Sequence record: MT596505.1 | Reading direction: 5' to 3' (one strand) | Length of the DNA: 64,000 nt | From: Staphylococcus phage vB_SepM_BE08 | Shown: positions 39,926-48,735 of the stretch, in pieces | Position numbering within the stretch: the stretch's first letter is position 1 | Layout: the number at the start of each line of letters is the position of its first letter | Made by a program: the position numbers and the translations under genes | The notes under the pieces: generated by a model | The model's input: the letters and a program-made list of their open reading frames with translations, nothing else | What the model was told of the DNA's origin: nothing | Database searches by the model: none

Positions 39926-40501
39926 TTCCTTTCTGTGAATTACTGTAATTATATATTACCATTTATCTTATGATTAATCAATAGATTTACATGAATTTAT
40001 TTAAATTTTTTTATTGGTCTGTTTTCTACTATTATATGAAGAAACTGGAAAATAGGTTAAAATAAAATTAGATTGTGTACAACAAGATCTCACCATAAAA
40101 AAATTATTCTATAAAAAAATTATAGAAATATAATGTACCTGTCATGATCCATTTATAAACAGAAATAAGGTGTAAAATTGCCTATTGATTTTGAACATGG
40201 TTTATTATATAATGGAAGTGATGACTATCTTTAAGTTAATAAATATATTATATAAAAAAATTATATAATACCCTTTTTTTATAACCCACCCACCACTCCA
40301 ATTATTATGTTAAGGCATTTTTGCCAATTTGTCAAGAGGTAAATTTTACACTTTTTTCTTTTGTAAATAGTGTAAAATTGCCCTAAAAACTTTTAAAATT
40401 ATATTTACAAATACGGTAATATGCTGTAATATATTAAGTGTAGTAAGCAAGGGAAACAAATTCCCACTACAAATATTATATAAAAAAGGAATTGATTAAA
40501 A

Positions 40502-40723
40502 ATGAAAAACGTTAAAAATTTAAAAAATTGGTTAAAAAGAAATGATTATGATTTTGAAGAATACAACACGCCAGACGGTTGTGGGAGCACATTGAAAGGG
40601 ATTATCATTCATAACATTGAATTTGCTACTGAGAATGATGAACTAGTTGCTCTATTCCCTGATGGTGATTATGAACACATGACAAACAGACAAGCTTATA
40701 ACTTTATAAGAAAAAACATTTAA
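40502..40723 (+). CDS. hypothetical protein
   Basis: 73-aa ORF with RBS AAAGGAATTGA and an upstream promoter (TTTACA, 17 nt, TAATAT). Confidence 0.45.
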   Translation: MKNVKNLKNWLKRNDYDFEEYNTPDGCGSTLKGIIIHNIEFATENDELVALFPDGDYEHMTNRQAYNFIRKNI

Positions 40724-40755
40724 TAAAAAAATTAATTAAAAAGGAATGAATTATA

Positions 40756-40956
40756 ATGACACATATTAAAGTAGATAAAAGAAAATCATTAAATAAAAAT
40801 ATAAAAGAAAATGGATTAAAAAAAGAATTAAATAAAAATAGTGGAAAAATAAAAATAAAAGAAAGTTTATTAAGAAAAGCAAAAAGAAATAATGATATAG
40901 AAAAAATTAATAAACTAGAAAATGAATTAAAAAAATTATATAATCAATTAGACTAG
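40756..40956 (+). CDS. hypothetical lysine-rich protein
   Basis: 66-aa ORF with RBS AAAGGAATGA. It is followed by a terminator (GACTAGGGAAAACCCTAGTC followed by T5). Confidence 0.4.
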   Translation: MTHIKVDKRKSLNKNIKENGLKKELNKNSGKIKIKESLLRKAKRNNDIEKINKLENELKKLYNQLD

Positions 40957-41009
40957 GGAAAACCCTAGTCTTTTTATGTTCTATATCTTATATCTTTTTT
41001 AGGGGAAAT

Positions 41010-41186
41010 CCGTACGATACTACTTGCTATTTTTAGGGGAAAATCGACACCAGACTACTTGAAACAACTAGCCTTTTTCATACAATACTACTTACTAATT
41101 ATGTATATTTATAAGAATATTTGAATAAAATTCATGCAATACTACTTACATTATATAGTTAATATATAAACAATACTACTTGAATA
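41010..41186. repeat. five direct repeats of ATACTACTT(G/A) spaced 32-52 bp apart (iteron-like)
   Basis: Copies at about 41015, 41053, 41085, 41137 and 41173. An inverted GTAGT lies just downstream at 41197. Confidence 0.6.
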
Positions 41187-41734
41187 TATAATAGTATTCA
41201 GGAAGGTAGTGGGTAGATTAACCCCCTAGTATTAAAAAAGATATTAATACTAGAGCTAAATCATATTTCAGTTTAGGCTAGGTCTAGTTTCATTTTTGTT
41301 AATATTTTTACACGCACTCTTATCCACGCAACCTAACTTAATAGGTTAATACTACCCCGTTCATATTGAACCTAAGAGTCCTCCCTGTCCTTTATTGCTT
41401 GGTAGACACCACCAACTATGGTAGAAGGTATAGTGTATCTATACCTACAAAGTATAAGCATTGCATATCTTATACCCGCCCTGTGAGTTTTATGCAGGTG
41501 CTCGTGGCTCACTATCACCACATCATTGTCGCTATTCCTATAGGTTCCTATGCATGACCTATACTCATCAGCTCTTTATCTTATTGTACTTATACTATAC
41601 CATACTTTTAATATCAGGTCAAGTAAAAAATGATAACTTTTACTTATTACTTATTATAAGTTTATCTTATTGTAAATAAAACCTTTTTGAAATTTTTGAG
41701 TACCCTATTGTAAAAATTTTTAAGGGGGTATCAT

Positions 41735-41826
41735 CCTAAATTTTTTAAGGTCTTCATCCTAAAAAAATAAGACCGCTTCATCCTATTTAAGTGAAGCGGT
41801 TTAACCTAAATATACTTCATCTTAAA
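41735..41826. repeat. four direct repeats of TTCATCCTA spaced 18-37 bp apart, plus a hairpin ACCGCTTCA..TGAAGCGGT, immediately upstream of a plus-strand promoter
   Basis: ATCATCCTAAA, CTTCATCCTAAA, CTTCATCCTATTT and CTTCATCTTAAAA. Confidence 0.55.
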
Positions 41827-41832
41827 AAATTA

Positions 41833-41861
41833 TTGACAATCTAATTATCCTATAGTATAAT
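41833..41861 (+). promoter_or_regulatory. sigma-70-like promoter (TTGACA, 17 nt, TATAAT)
   Basis: TTGACAATCTAATTATCCTATAGTATAAT. Confidence 0.55.
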
Positions 41862-41903
41862 TAACTTAACAAATTAAATTTATTAAGAAAGGAGTTAATA
41901 CAT

Positions 41904-41984
41904 ATGATTAACTTTTTAATTGGAGTATTTGTAGGTGGAACATTAGTATTAATCGAGAATGTAATTATGAATAAATATATGTAG
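41904..41984 (+). CDS. 26-aa hydrophobic peptide
   Basis: MINFLIGVFVGGTLVLIENVIMNKYM, with the RBS AAGGAG 8 nt upstream. Confidence 0.3.
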   Translation: MINFLIGVFVGGTLVLIENVIMNKYM

Positions 41985-41995
41985 GAGTGATACAA

Positions 41996-42181
41996 ATGTC
42001 TTTAAGTACATTATTTGGAACTATAGGAGTTATTTTATTAGCAATTGTATTTTTAATAGTGACTATTGAAGCTATTATTGAATTAATAAAAGAGAAAATG
42101 TATATACAGTTAGTTATTTTCTTATTATTAGTATTAGGTTTAATATCATTAATATTAGCATCTATATTCAAATATTATTAA
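41996..42181 (+). CDS. 61-aa membrane peptide with two TM helices
   Basis: RBS AGGAGTGA. It is followed by a terminator (AAGCGGTTAATATACCGCTT followed by T7). Confidence 0.4.
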   Translation: MSLSTLFGTIGVILLAIVFLIVTIEAIIELIKEKMYIQLVIFLLLVLGLISLILASIFKYY

Positions 42182-42268
42182 TTTCATTTGAAGCGGTTAA
42201 TATACCGCTTTTTTTAATACATAAAAATAAGACCACTCATTTGAAGTGGTCTTATTAGTATACTTATA

Positions 42269-42604
42269 TTACTTCATACCTTTAAAAAATTTATTTAATT
42301 TAATCTTTTCTTTTTCTTCTTTTTCAAGTCTTTCTTTATTTTTTTCATCATAGAAATCAATTAATTCGTAAATAGTATCAAACTTAGTTAATTTCTTTTT
42401 AAAATTTCTACCTTTAAGTGTGTTTAATTCAAACATTTCAACATAGTTACCCTTTGATATAGTAACAATACCTCCTTCTTTATCAAAAACACACTCTACA
42501 CCATACTCATCATTAGTTATAGTATAATAAGTATTATACCCTACATAACTTTTTCTTCCACGTTCTTTAATATAATTTTTAAATCCAATAATATCAATAT
42601 CCAT
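42269..42604 (-). CDS. hypothetical protein, tandem paralog of 42745..43089
   Basis: N-terminal segments align between the two: MDIDIIGFKNYIKERGR and MEFDSIDLKNYIDKYGR. Confidence 0.5.
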   Translation of the reverse strand: MDIDIIGFKNYIKERGRKSYVGYNTYYTITNDEYGVECVFDKEGGIVTISKGNYVEMFELNTLKGRNFKKKLTKFDTIYELIDFYDEKNKERLEKEEKEKIKLNKFFKGMK

Positions 42605-42744
42605 TTGTATAATCTCCTTTATATTTAATACCCTTAGCTTAAGGACTTTAAAAGTCTATATGAAACGGTAATATTTTTCTAGTACTATTTATCCTAGAAA
42701 CAATACCGCTTCTATATAAGGCTATAAACACCTTTAGAATTAAT

Positions 42745-43089
42745 CTAGCTTAAAAATTCTTTAACACTTGATTCAATTCTTCTTTGTCTTCTCTTTTCTT
42801 CATTTTCTTTTCTAGTAAGGTCTTCATATAAATCATCAATTAAATCAAATACGTTAGAATGTAATTCAATATCTTTGTTAAGTTGTTCTAATTTATCTAA
42901 AGCACTAAGGTCTACCTTTAATATAGTTTTTCCATTTTTACAAAATAGTAAATAACCAGAAAAAATATTTAGTTCTTTATACTGTATCTCATAACCTTTA
43001 CCTAAGTCAATAGTTTTTGATAATTTTTTATCATCTACTCTACCATACTTATCAATATAATTCTTTAAGTCTATACTATCAAATTCCAT
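42745..43089 (-). CDS. hypothetical protein, tandem paralog
   Basis: See 42269..42604. Early promoter at about 43145. Confidence 0.5.
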   Translation of the reverse strand: MEFDSIDLKNYIDKYGRVDDKKLSKTIDLGKGYEIQYKELNIFSGYLLFCKNGKTILKVDLSALDKLEQLNKDIELHSNVFDLIDDLYEDLTRKENEEKRRQRRIESSVKEFLS

Positions 43090-43175
43090 AATTTAATCTC
43101 TCCTTTAAACTTTATATATAAATGATACCATGATACTTATACTTTGTCAACACTTTTATTTAAAGGCTCTACTAC

Positions 43176-43850
43176 TTAATCAATTGTAGTACCTAAAAAG
43201 AATTGATAAGCATTAAAAATATTCCTTTTTTCTTTCTCATTATCTTTATTCATTTCTAATCCTTTTTCTAAAAACTCTTCTAAATTACCTTTCCAGCAAC
43301 CAGCAAATATTTTATCTTGCTCTGGTAAATACGTTACTTTACCTGCAAATGTACCTATATTGTCAATTGAATATACTTCTAGTCCTTCAGTACATCGGGT
43401 ATTAGCTTGAGATAAATTAACATCTTCTAGATTACAATTTTCTAAATGAGCGTTATCTAAATTAACATTCTTTAAACTAGCATTTTTAAAATCAACACAT
43501 CTTAAATAAGAACTATCTAAATTAGCACCATATAAGTTAGCATTTTTCAAATTAACACTATTTAAGTCAATATTTTCTAAATTAGAAAAACTTATAATAG
43601 CCTTTGTTAAATCCATCTTTACTAAATCAGCATCTTTTAAAGTAGAAAAACTTAAATCAGAGTAACTTAAATCTACATTACTTAAAATAGAACAACTTAA
43701 ACTAGAGTACCTTAAATCAGAATTACTTAAATCTAAATTTCTTAAGTTATAACCATTTAATTCTAACTTTTCCCCTTTGTTATCATCTTCTAACCATTCT
43801 TTATGCAATTCAATTTTATTGTTTAATTCTTCTTGTGTAATTTTTTTCAT
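43176..43850 (-). CDS. pentapeptide-repeat protein (Qnr/MfpA-like right-handed quadrilateral beta-helix; candidate DNA mimic)
   Basis: Runs of A(D/N)LxX pentapeptides, for example NANLYGANLDSSYLRCVDFKNASLKNVNLDNAHLENCNLEDVNLSQAN. RBS AAGGAGAAG. Early promoter at about 43906. Confidence 0.7.
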   Translation of the reverse strand: MKKITQEELNNKIELHKEWLEDDNKGEKLELNGYNLRNLDLSNSDLRYSSLSCSILSNVDLSYSDLSFSTLKDADLVKMDLTKAIISFSNLENIDLNSVNLKNANLYGANLDSSYLRCVDFKNASLKNVNLDNAHLENCNLEDVNLSQANTRCTEGLEVYSIDNIGTFAGKVTYLPEQDKIFAGCWKGNLEEFLEKGLEMNKDNEKEKRNIFNAYQFFLGTTID

Positions 43851-43924
43851 TAATATCTTCTCCTTTTATTAAGTATATCTATATACTACACTATTATTTA
43901 TCAAGTGTCAATACCTTTTAATAA

Positions 43925-43953
43925 AATAATTTACTTGACAACTAATATTACTT
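43925..43953 (+). promoter_or_regulatory. plus-strand promoter (TTGACA, 17 nt, TATAAT) driving a three-gene plus-strand islet
   Basis: TTGACAACTAATATTACTTATGCTATAAT. Confidence 0.55.
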
Positions 43954-44023
43954 ATGCTATAATAGTAGTATAATCAATAAGGAGGAATAATATGGAATTT
44001 ACAATAGTTTTAATAAAGGTATA

Positions 44024-44218
44024 TTGCTATTATACAGAGATAATATTCAAGTAGAAACAGTAGATTTAGGTAAAGAGGAAGAAAGAAATGAATTTGAAAA
44101 AGTTTTATTCTCTCAAGATAATATCTATGATTTAATTGATGTATACTATTTTAAGTACATTGAAGCGGAAGAAGAAAGAGAAAACACACTTGAAAAAATA
44201 GAAAAATATTTTGAATAA
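44024..44218 (+). CDS. small acidic protein
   Basis: 64-aa ORF. Start uncertain. Confidence 0.35.
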   Translation: MLLYRDNIQVETVDLGKEEERNEFEKVLFSQDNIYDLIDVYYFKYIEAEEERENTLEKIEKYFE

Positions 44219-44293
44219 TAATTACTAGACCTCTTGTCAAGAGGCCTTTTCTATGTTATACTTATAGTATAATAAATAAGGAGGAGTTACATA

Positions 44294-44554
44294 ATGATTG
44301 AACTTAATAAAGTTACAGGAGAAGAAAGTGTTAATGTAGGAGATTTAGTACAAGACGACTATACAGGTGATATAGGTATTGTAATTAAACAAGACTTTAA
44401 TAGTACTTCAAGTATTTATAATGTACTAATACTAGATACAATAAATGAAGAACACAGTTTACTATACCTAGAACCTAAAACATTATATGATATATCAAAA
44501 GACTTTACTGTAATACAAAAGAAAAATAACTATAAACTTAATATAGAGTATTAG
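44294..44554 (+). CDS. hypothetical protein, tandem paralog of 44573..44839
   Basis: Shared segment SIYNV(L/M)(I/L)LDT...Y(K/N)(L/I)(N/K)IEY. RBS AAGGAGGAG. Confidence 0.5.
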   Translation: MIELNKVTGEESVNVGDLVQDDYTGDIGIVIKQDFNSTSSIYNVLILDTINEEHSLLYLEPKTLYDISKDFTVIQKKNNYKLNIEY

Positions 44555-44572
44555 TATAAGGAGGTATAAATA

Positions 44573-44839
44573 ATGATTGAAGTAGTAAAAAAGAAAAGTA
44601 CTAGACCATTACAAGATGGAGATTTATTATATGACAGTGATTTAGATATGTATGGCTTTATAATTAAAGAAGATACCAGTAATTATGAAAGCATATATAA
44701 TGTCATGTTACTTGATACTAACTCAAAAAAGCCTGAATTATATTTCTCTGAGCCTATAACACTAGAAGAAATAGAAGAGTTTGGATTTAATCTAGTAAGT
44801 AAAAAAGGTAACTATAATATTAAGATAGAATACAGTTAA
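44573..44839 (+). CDS. hypothetical protein, tandem paralog
   Basis: RBS AAGGAGG. It is followed by a hairpin (GTACCGCTTC..GAAGCGGTAC followed by T6). Confidence 0.5.
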   Translation: MIEVVKKKSTRPLQDGDLLYDSDLDMYGFIIKEDTSNYESIYNVMLLDTNSKKPELYFSEPITLEEIEEFGFNLVSKKGNYNIKIEYS

Positions 44840-45221
44840 TACTACATGGACTATACATTAGAATAGTTTAACTATATATTAGAACAATTGAATAGTATAT
44901 CAGAATAGTTGAGTACCGCTTCAGTAATATAGAAGCGGTACTTTTTTGTTTATTATTAAGTTGTATACAATAGTAATGTAATGTTTAAATATACTATAGT
45001 AGTAATATAAATAAATTATAGTAAACAGGTAACGTCAAAACAGGTCAAGACAACGAATAGGACAGACAAAAAAATCCTAGGGTAATTGGTTTACTTTTTT
45101 CTTTTTTTCTATATACTTTTAATTTTTCCTTATTTATACTATATGGTTTTCTTCTCTCCTTTTATCTCCTCTCTTCTACTTTTTTAAATAACTCTACCTA
45201 CATATCTATTTTTTTATCTAT

Positions 45222-45246
45222 ATATATATATATATATATATATGTC
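45222..45246. repeat. (TA)12 dinucleotide microsatellite
   Basis: CTATATATATATATATATATATATATG. Confidence 0.9.
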
Positions 45247-45392
45247 TATATACTTTATTCCTCCCTTTTAATAATCAAAGAGTAATAATACAAAGAATAG
45301 GAGTTTTATTTATATATTAATAAGTAATAAGTAATTAGTTTCTTTTTTCCTTGGTTTTCTTTTTTTTTCTTATTTTATTTAAAGTCAACATT

Positions 45393-45413
45393 ATTATTAT
45401 TATTATTACTATA
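45393..45413. repeat. (ATT)7 trinucleotide microsatellite
   Basis: CATTATTATTATTATTATTAC. Confidence 0.85.
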
Positions 45414-45808
45414 CCTCATCCCTATTTCTTCTATATTACTTTATTAATAAAACCCCTATATATACTACTTATACATAAGGGTCTTTACTTATATTATTCT
45501 TATTCTACTTGTACATACTTACTTAACTGATAAATAATTTTTTTATGTTATTCTATTCATAATTATTTACTATATAATTTAGCTAAAGTTTCAAGCGGTA
45601 ATTCAATTAATTCCCCACTAAATAATAAATCTTTTACTTTTTTAGGTACAGATACATGATAATCTAAGTTTAAACTATTTATGATTTCACTAGCTTTCCA
45701 GTTTAATTCAATTTTATACATAGAATTTTCTCTAACCTTTTGATGTAACTTTTTAATAAGTTCTGGTTTATGAGTTAAATGTTGAAACTATGCCTAATGA
45801 TTTTAATT

Positions 45809-46051
45809 TCATTTATTAATCCTCCTTCTAATTTTAGCATAATCCCACAGCTGTTTATATTCTGGAATAACAGGTAATAAATAATACTTATCTGTACTAT
45901 TCTTATTTAGTTTCTTCAAAACTCTTTTTGCTTTCTTTTTATTAGGGAATATTCTTGGCGTTATCTTAGTTAAAATAGTAAAATCTTTATACTTCTTATC
46001 ATAAAAAGCAATTGAGTGTTCAAGTTCTGTAGCTATAACATATTTAGTCAT
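45809..46051 (-). CDS. hypothetical basic protein
   Basis: 80-aa ORF with RBS AGGAGGA. Confidence 0.45.
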   Translation of the reverse strand: MTKYVIATELEHSIAFYDKKYKDFTILTKITPRIFPNKKKAKRVLKKLNKNSTDKYYLLPVIPEYKQLWDYAKIRRRINK

Positions 46052-46146
46052 TATTAATCCTCCTTATTAAATTTACCTTTATTATACAACAAAACCTCAA
46101 CTATGTCAATAGCTTAAGTTTTTTTATAATAATCACAGCTCCTTTT

Positions 46147-46539
46147 TTAACTATCTATAAAGTTATTCAATTTTATTTCTCTATCTCTAGCTTCTATTCT
46201 TTCTTTTCTATCTCTTTCTTTCTCACGTTTTTCAATTCTTTTTTGAGTATCTAAATGTTCTTTTAGGCAATAATGTAAAAAATCCATTAACGTTTCACAA
46301 TGTTTATATTTTTCATAATCAGTATTCATTTTATGACTAAGAACACCTGCATAATGACCATGTGTGATAAATGCAATAACCTCACCTTTATAGAGGACAT
46401 TAATCCCAGAGGGGAGTATGTCACCTAGCTGGCAATCTCGATATTTAATTTTAAATCCTTGTTCACGCATTGTTTCAGTTTGTATATTACCTAACTCTTT
46501 AACCTTATCTACTAAAGCGTCAAACACTTTAAATTCCAT
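46147..46539 (-). CDS. hypothetical protein
   Basis: 130-aa ORF with RBS AAGGAGAGG. Confidence 0.5.
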   Translation of the reverse strand: MEFKVFDALVDKVKELGNIQTETMREQGFKIKYRDCQLGDILPSGINVLYKGEVIAFITHGHYAGVLSHKMNTDYEKYKHCETLMDFLHYCLKEHLDTQKRIEKREKERDRKERIEARDREIKLNNFIDS

Positions 46540-46552
46540 TACTACCTCTCCT

Positions 46553-46996
46553 TTAGCTTAAATACATACCAATCTTAGGTTCTGATAGTTTATTTCTATA
46601 TTCTAGGAAACTAAGACTTATATGTTCTATATTATATTCATGATGTTTTACTTTAAAGAAAAGGTAAAAGGCATCTGCAATATCGTTATCGTAATTTGAA
46701 AAGAAATCTTCAATTTCAAAAGTTGCACCATCTATGTTTATAGACATAATAGTACTTATATCAGACTTGTTAAACAAATGTAATCTCTCTACTAATGCTT
46801 TATACTTCTGAATTAAATGCTTATCATTAATAGTTGCACGAAGTATATTAGTAAAACTATAGCTGTAATCATTATTTTTCAACGTTTCACGTATACTAAA
46901 ATCTAAATCTGACACAAATAGAGATAATAGTTCTCTTGTATGCTCTAATTCTTCCTTTTTGTTTTTATTTATTAATTCTTTAATATCAATAGTCAT
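46553..46996 (-). CDS. hypothetical protein
   Basis: 147-aa ORF with RBS AAGGAGAATGG. Confidence 0.5.
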   Translation of the reverse strand: MTIDIKELINKNKKEELEHTRELLSLFVSDLDFSIRETLKNNDYSYSFTNILRATINDKHLIQKYKALVERLHLFNKSDISTIMSINIDGATFEIEDFFSNYDNDIADAFYLFFKVKHHEYNIEHISLSFLEYRNKLSEPKIGMYLS

Positions 46997-47016
46997 TATC
47001 CATTCTCCTTTACTTT

Positions 47017-47355
47017 TTATCTATTTGCCACTTTAATCAGTTCATCTATTAAATTGCTTACTTTTTTAATTTCTTCTAAACCAGAAAATTCAAGACAAAT
47101 TCTTTCAAATTCTCTATGGTTTACGATAGGTTCTGCATTATTATAAACCACATCTCTACTATTCTCATATCCATTTTCAATGATAAGTGCTAAATAACCA
47201 TCTTCAGTTTTTGCTGTTTTAAGTATATTCTTATTTTTTTCTATGATGATAGAAGAAGTCATTACATCATCATATTTAATTATTTTTTTATTATCTTCCT
47301 TTGCTTCATCTTCAGTTAAAGTATCGTAAATAACTTCTTTCCAAACATTAGTCAT
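47017..47355 (-). CDS. hypothetical protein
   Basis: 112-aa ORF with RBS AAGGAGAATGA. Confidence 0.5.
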   Translation of the reverse strand: MTNVWKEVIYDTLTEDEAKEDNKKIIKYDDVMTSSIIIEKNKNILKTAKTEDGYLALIIENGYENSRDVVYNNAEPIVNHREFERICLEFSGLEEIKKVSNLIDELIKVANR

Positions 47356-47373
47356 TATTCATTCTCCTTTATG

Positions 47374-47829
47374 TTACTTCCTTTTATTTTTTACATAATC
47401 CATTTGTTTTTGGTATAACCCATCGTCTTTTTCTTTTTCCATTAATAAAGGTAATACAGTATTATAAGCATAATCATTTATTTTTCTTCTATTTTTAGAT
47501 AATTTAATTCTATTGCCTACACTATTACCATATTTTACTCTTAAATCATCACATTTATCAGCTAAAAATTCAAAAGGTGCTGTTATAATACTAAAAATAA
47601 AGTAAACACCTTCTAATATATACTCAGGAATTTTTAAAAAGAAAGCTTTAATACTATGAATACATCTTTCTCTCTTCCATTTTTTAATTAGCTTTTTTAA
47701 ATAAGGTCTATGTTCTTTAGCAATTTCTAATTGTTCTTCGTTTAAGAAATCAGAATTATCATTAACGATATACTCTCCAAAAGCACTATAAACTTCATTT
47801 TTAATTCTTTTTACCATAATACTATTCAC
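47374..47829 (-). CDS. hypothetical protein with a central TM helix
   Basis: 151-aa ORF with RBS AGGAGTGAA. Confidence 0.5.
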   Translation of the reverse strand: MNSIMVKRIKNEVYSAFGEYIVNDNSDFLNEEQLEIAKEHRPYLKKLIKKWKRERCIHSIKAFFLKIPEYILEGVYFIFSIITAPFEFLADKCDDLRVKYGNSVGNRIKLSKNRRKINDYAYNTVLPLLMEKEKDDGLYQKQMDYVKNKRK

Positions 47830-47832
47830 TCC

Positions 47833-48069
47833 TTAGTTTTTATCATCTCCAACAGTAGCAAACGCAATTCTTAAAGCTAATCTTTCCATAATATGTGATA
47901 GTGATTTATCTAGAAATTTGTCAAATTCATCTCTATATTCTTCTATTACATCTAAAACTTCTTCATCTTCTTTACTATCAAACTCAGTCATAATATCCCA
48001 AATATTTATATCATACTTACTATTTTTTAATACTTGCATAACTTTATCATAATCAATTCTATTACTCAT
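47833..48069 (-). CDS. hypothetical acidic protein
   Basis: 78-aa ORF, translationally coupled to its neighbours. Confidence 0.45.
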   Translation of the reverse strand: MSNRIDYDKVMQVLKNSKYDINIWDIMTEFDSKEDEEVLDVIEEYRDEFDKFLDKSLSHIMERLALRIAFATVGDDKN

Positions 48070-48071
48070 AA

Positions 48072-48491
48072 CTACTTCTCCTCCTCTTTTATATTAATAA
48101 TTAATTCGTCAAAACCATGTATATAGGTATATGATTGATAATTATTATTATCATCACCATATCCCTCTTCATAAGGAACAGCTATTGTTTGTCTTGATTC
48201 GTCAGAATATACTAATGTAACATGAGCAATATCATCAAATTCAGTAAGTCTATTGAATATTACTTCCTCATTTTCAAAATTAAAAGGGTTATATCGTAAT
48301 TTTGTCGATTTTTTTACAATAAAGTAAATATCTTGTGCACTTTTATACGTTTCTACTTCCTCGTCTTCATAATTTAAATGTTCAATACTATCAGAAATAC
48401 CTTTAATATGAAGACCTCTAATATATTTTGATTGTATTTCCATACTATCGCAATTTTCAAATGTTAAAATAATACTTTTTAATTTACTCAT
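48072..48491 (-). CDS. hypothetical protein
   Basis: 139-aa ORF with RBS AAGGAGAATAT. Confidence 0.5.
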   Translation of the reverse strand: MSKLKSIILTFENCDSMEIQSKYIRGLHIKGISDSIEHLNYEDEEVETYKSAQDIYFIVKKSTKLRYNPFNFENEEVIFNRLTEFDDIAHVTLVYSDESRQTIAVPYEEGYGDDNNNYQSYTYIHGFDELIINIKEEEK

Positions 48492-48522
48492 ACTATATTC
48501 TCCTTAATTTTTTAAATATCAA

Positions 48523-48723
48523 CTAAATTATTTTATTAGCTTTCTCTAATGCTAACATTAGTTCAGTCATTACATCCCTTTTTTCAGAATTAGAAACGGG
48601 TAAATCAAGATACTCTTTAATAATTTTATGTGCCTGAACATAACTTAAGTCATCAATATTTTCTGATTTACTTACTACTTTATTTGCTTTATCATGTAAA
48701 TTTTTAATTTGTTTATTATTCAT
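48523..48723 (-). CDS. hypothetical protein
   Basis: 66-aa ORF with RBS AAGGAGAGG. Confidence 0.4.
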   Translation of the reverse strand: MNNKQIKNLHDKANKVVSKSENIDDLSYVQAHKIIKEYLDLPVSNSEKRDVMTELMLALEKANKII

Positions 48724-48735
48724 AATTACCTCTCC

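Noticed and set aside
41366-41679. Plus-strand ORFs 41366-41557 and 41461-41679
   Set aside because: They overlap each other in a GC-richer non-coding core, have no RBS, and their translations are rich in Cys, His and Tyr (a typical artefact of C-rich DNA). The region is treated as non-coding or RNA.
41965-42171. Minus-strand 68-aa ORF
   Set aside because: Antisense to the plus-strand membrane peptide, which has its own promoter, RBS and terminator.
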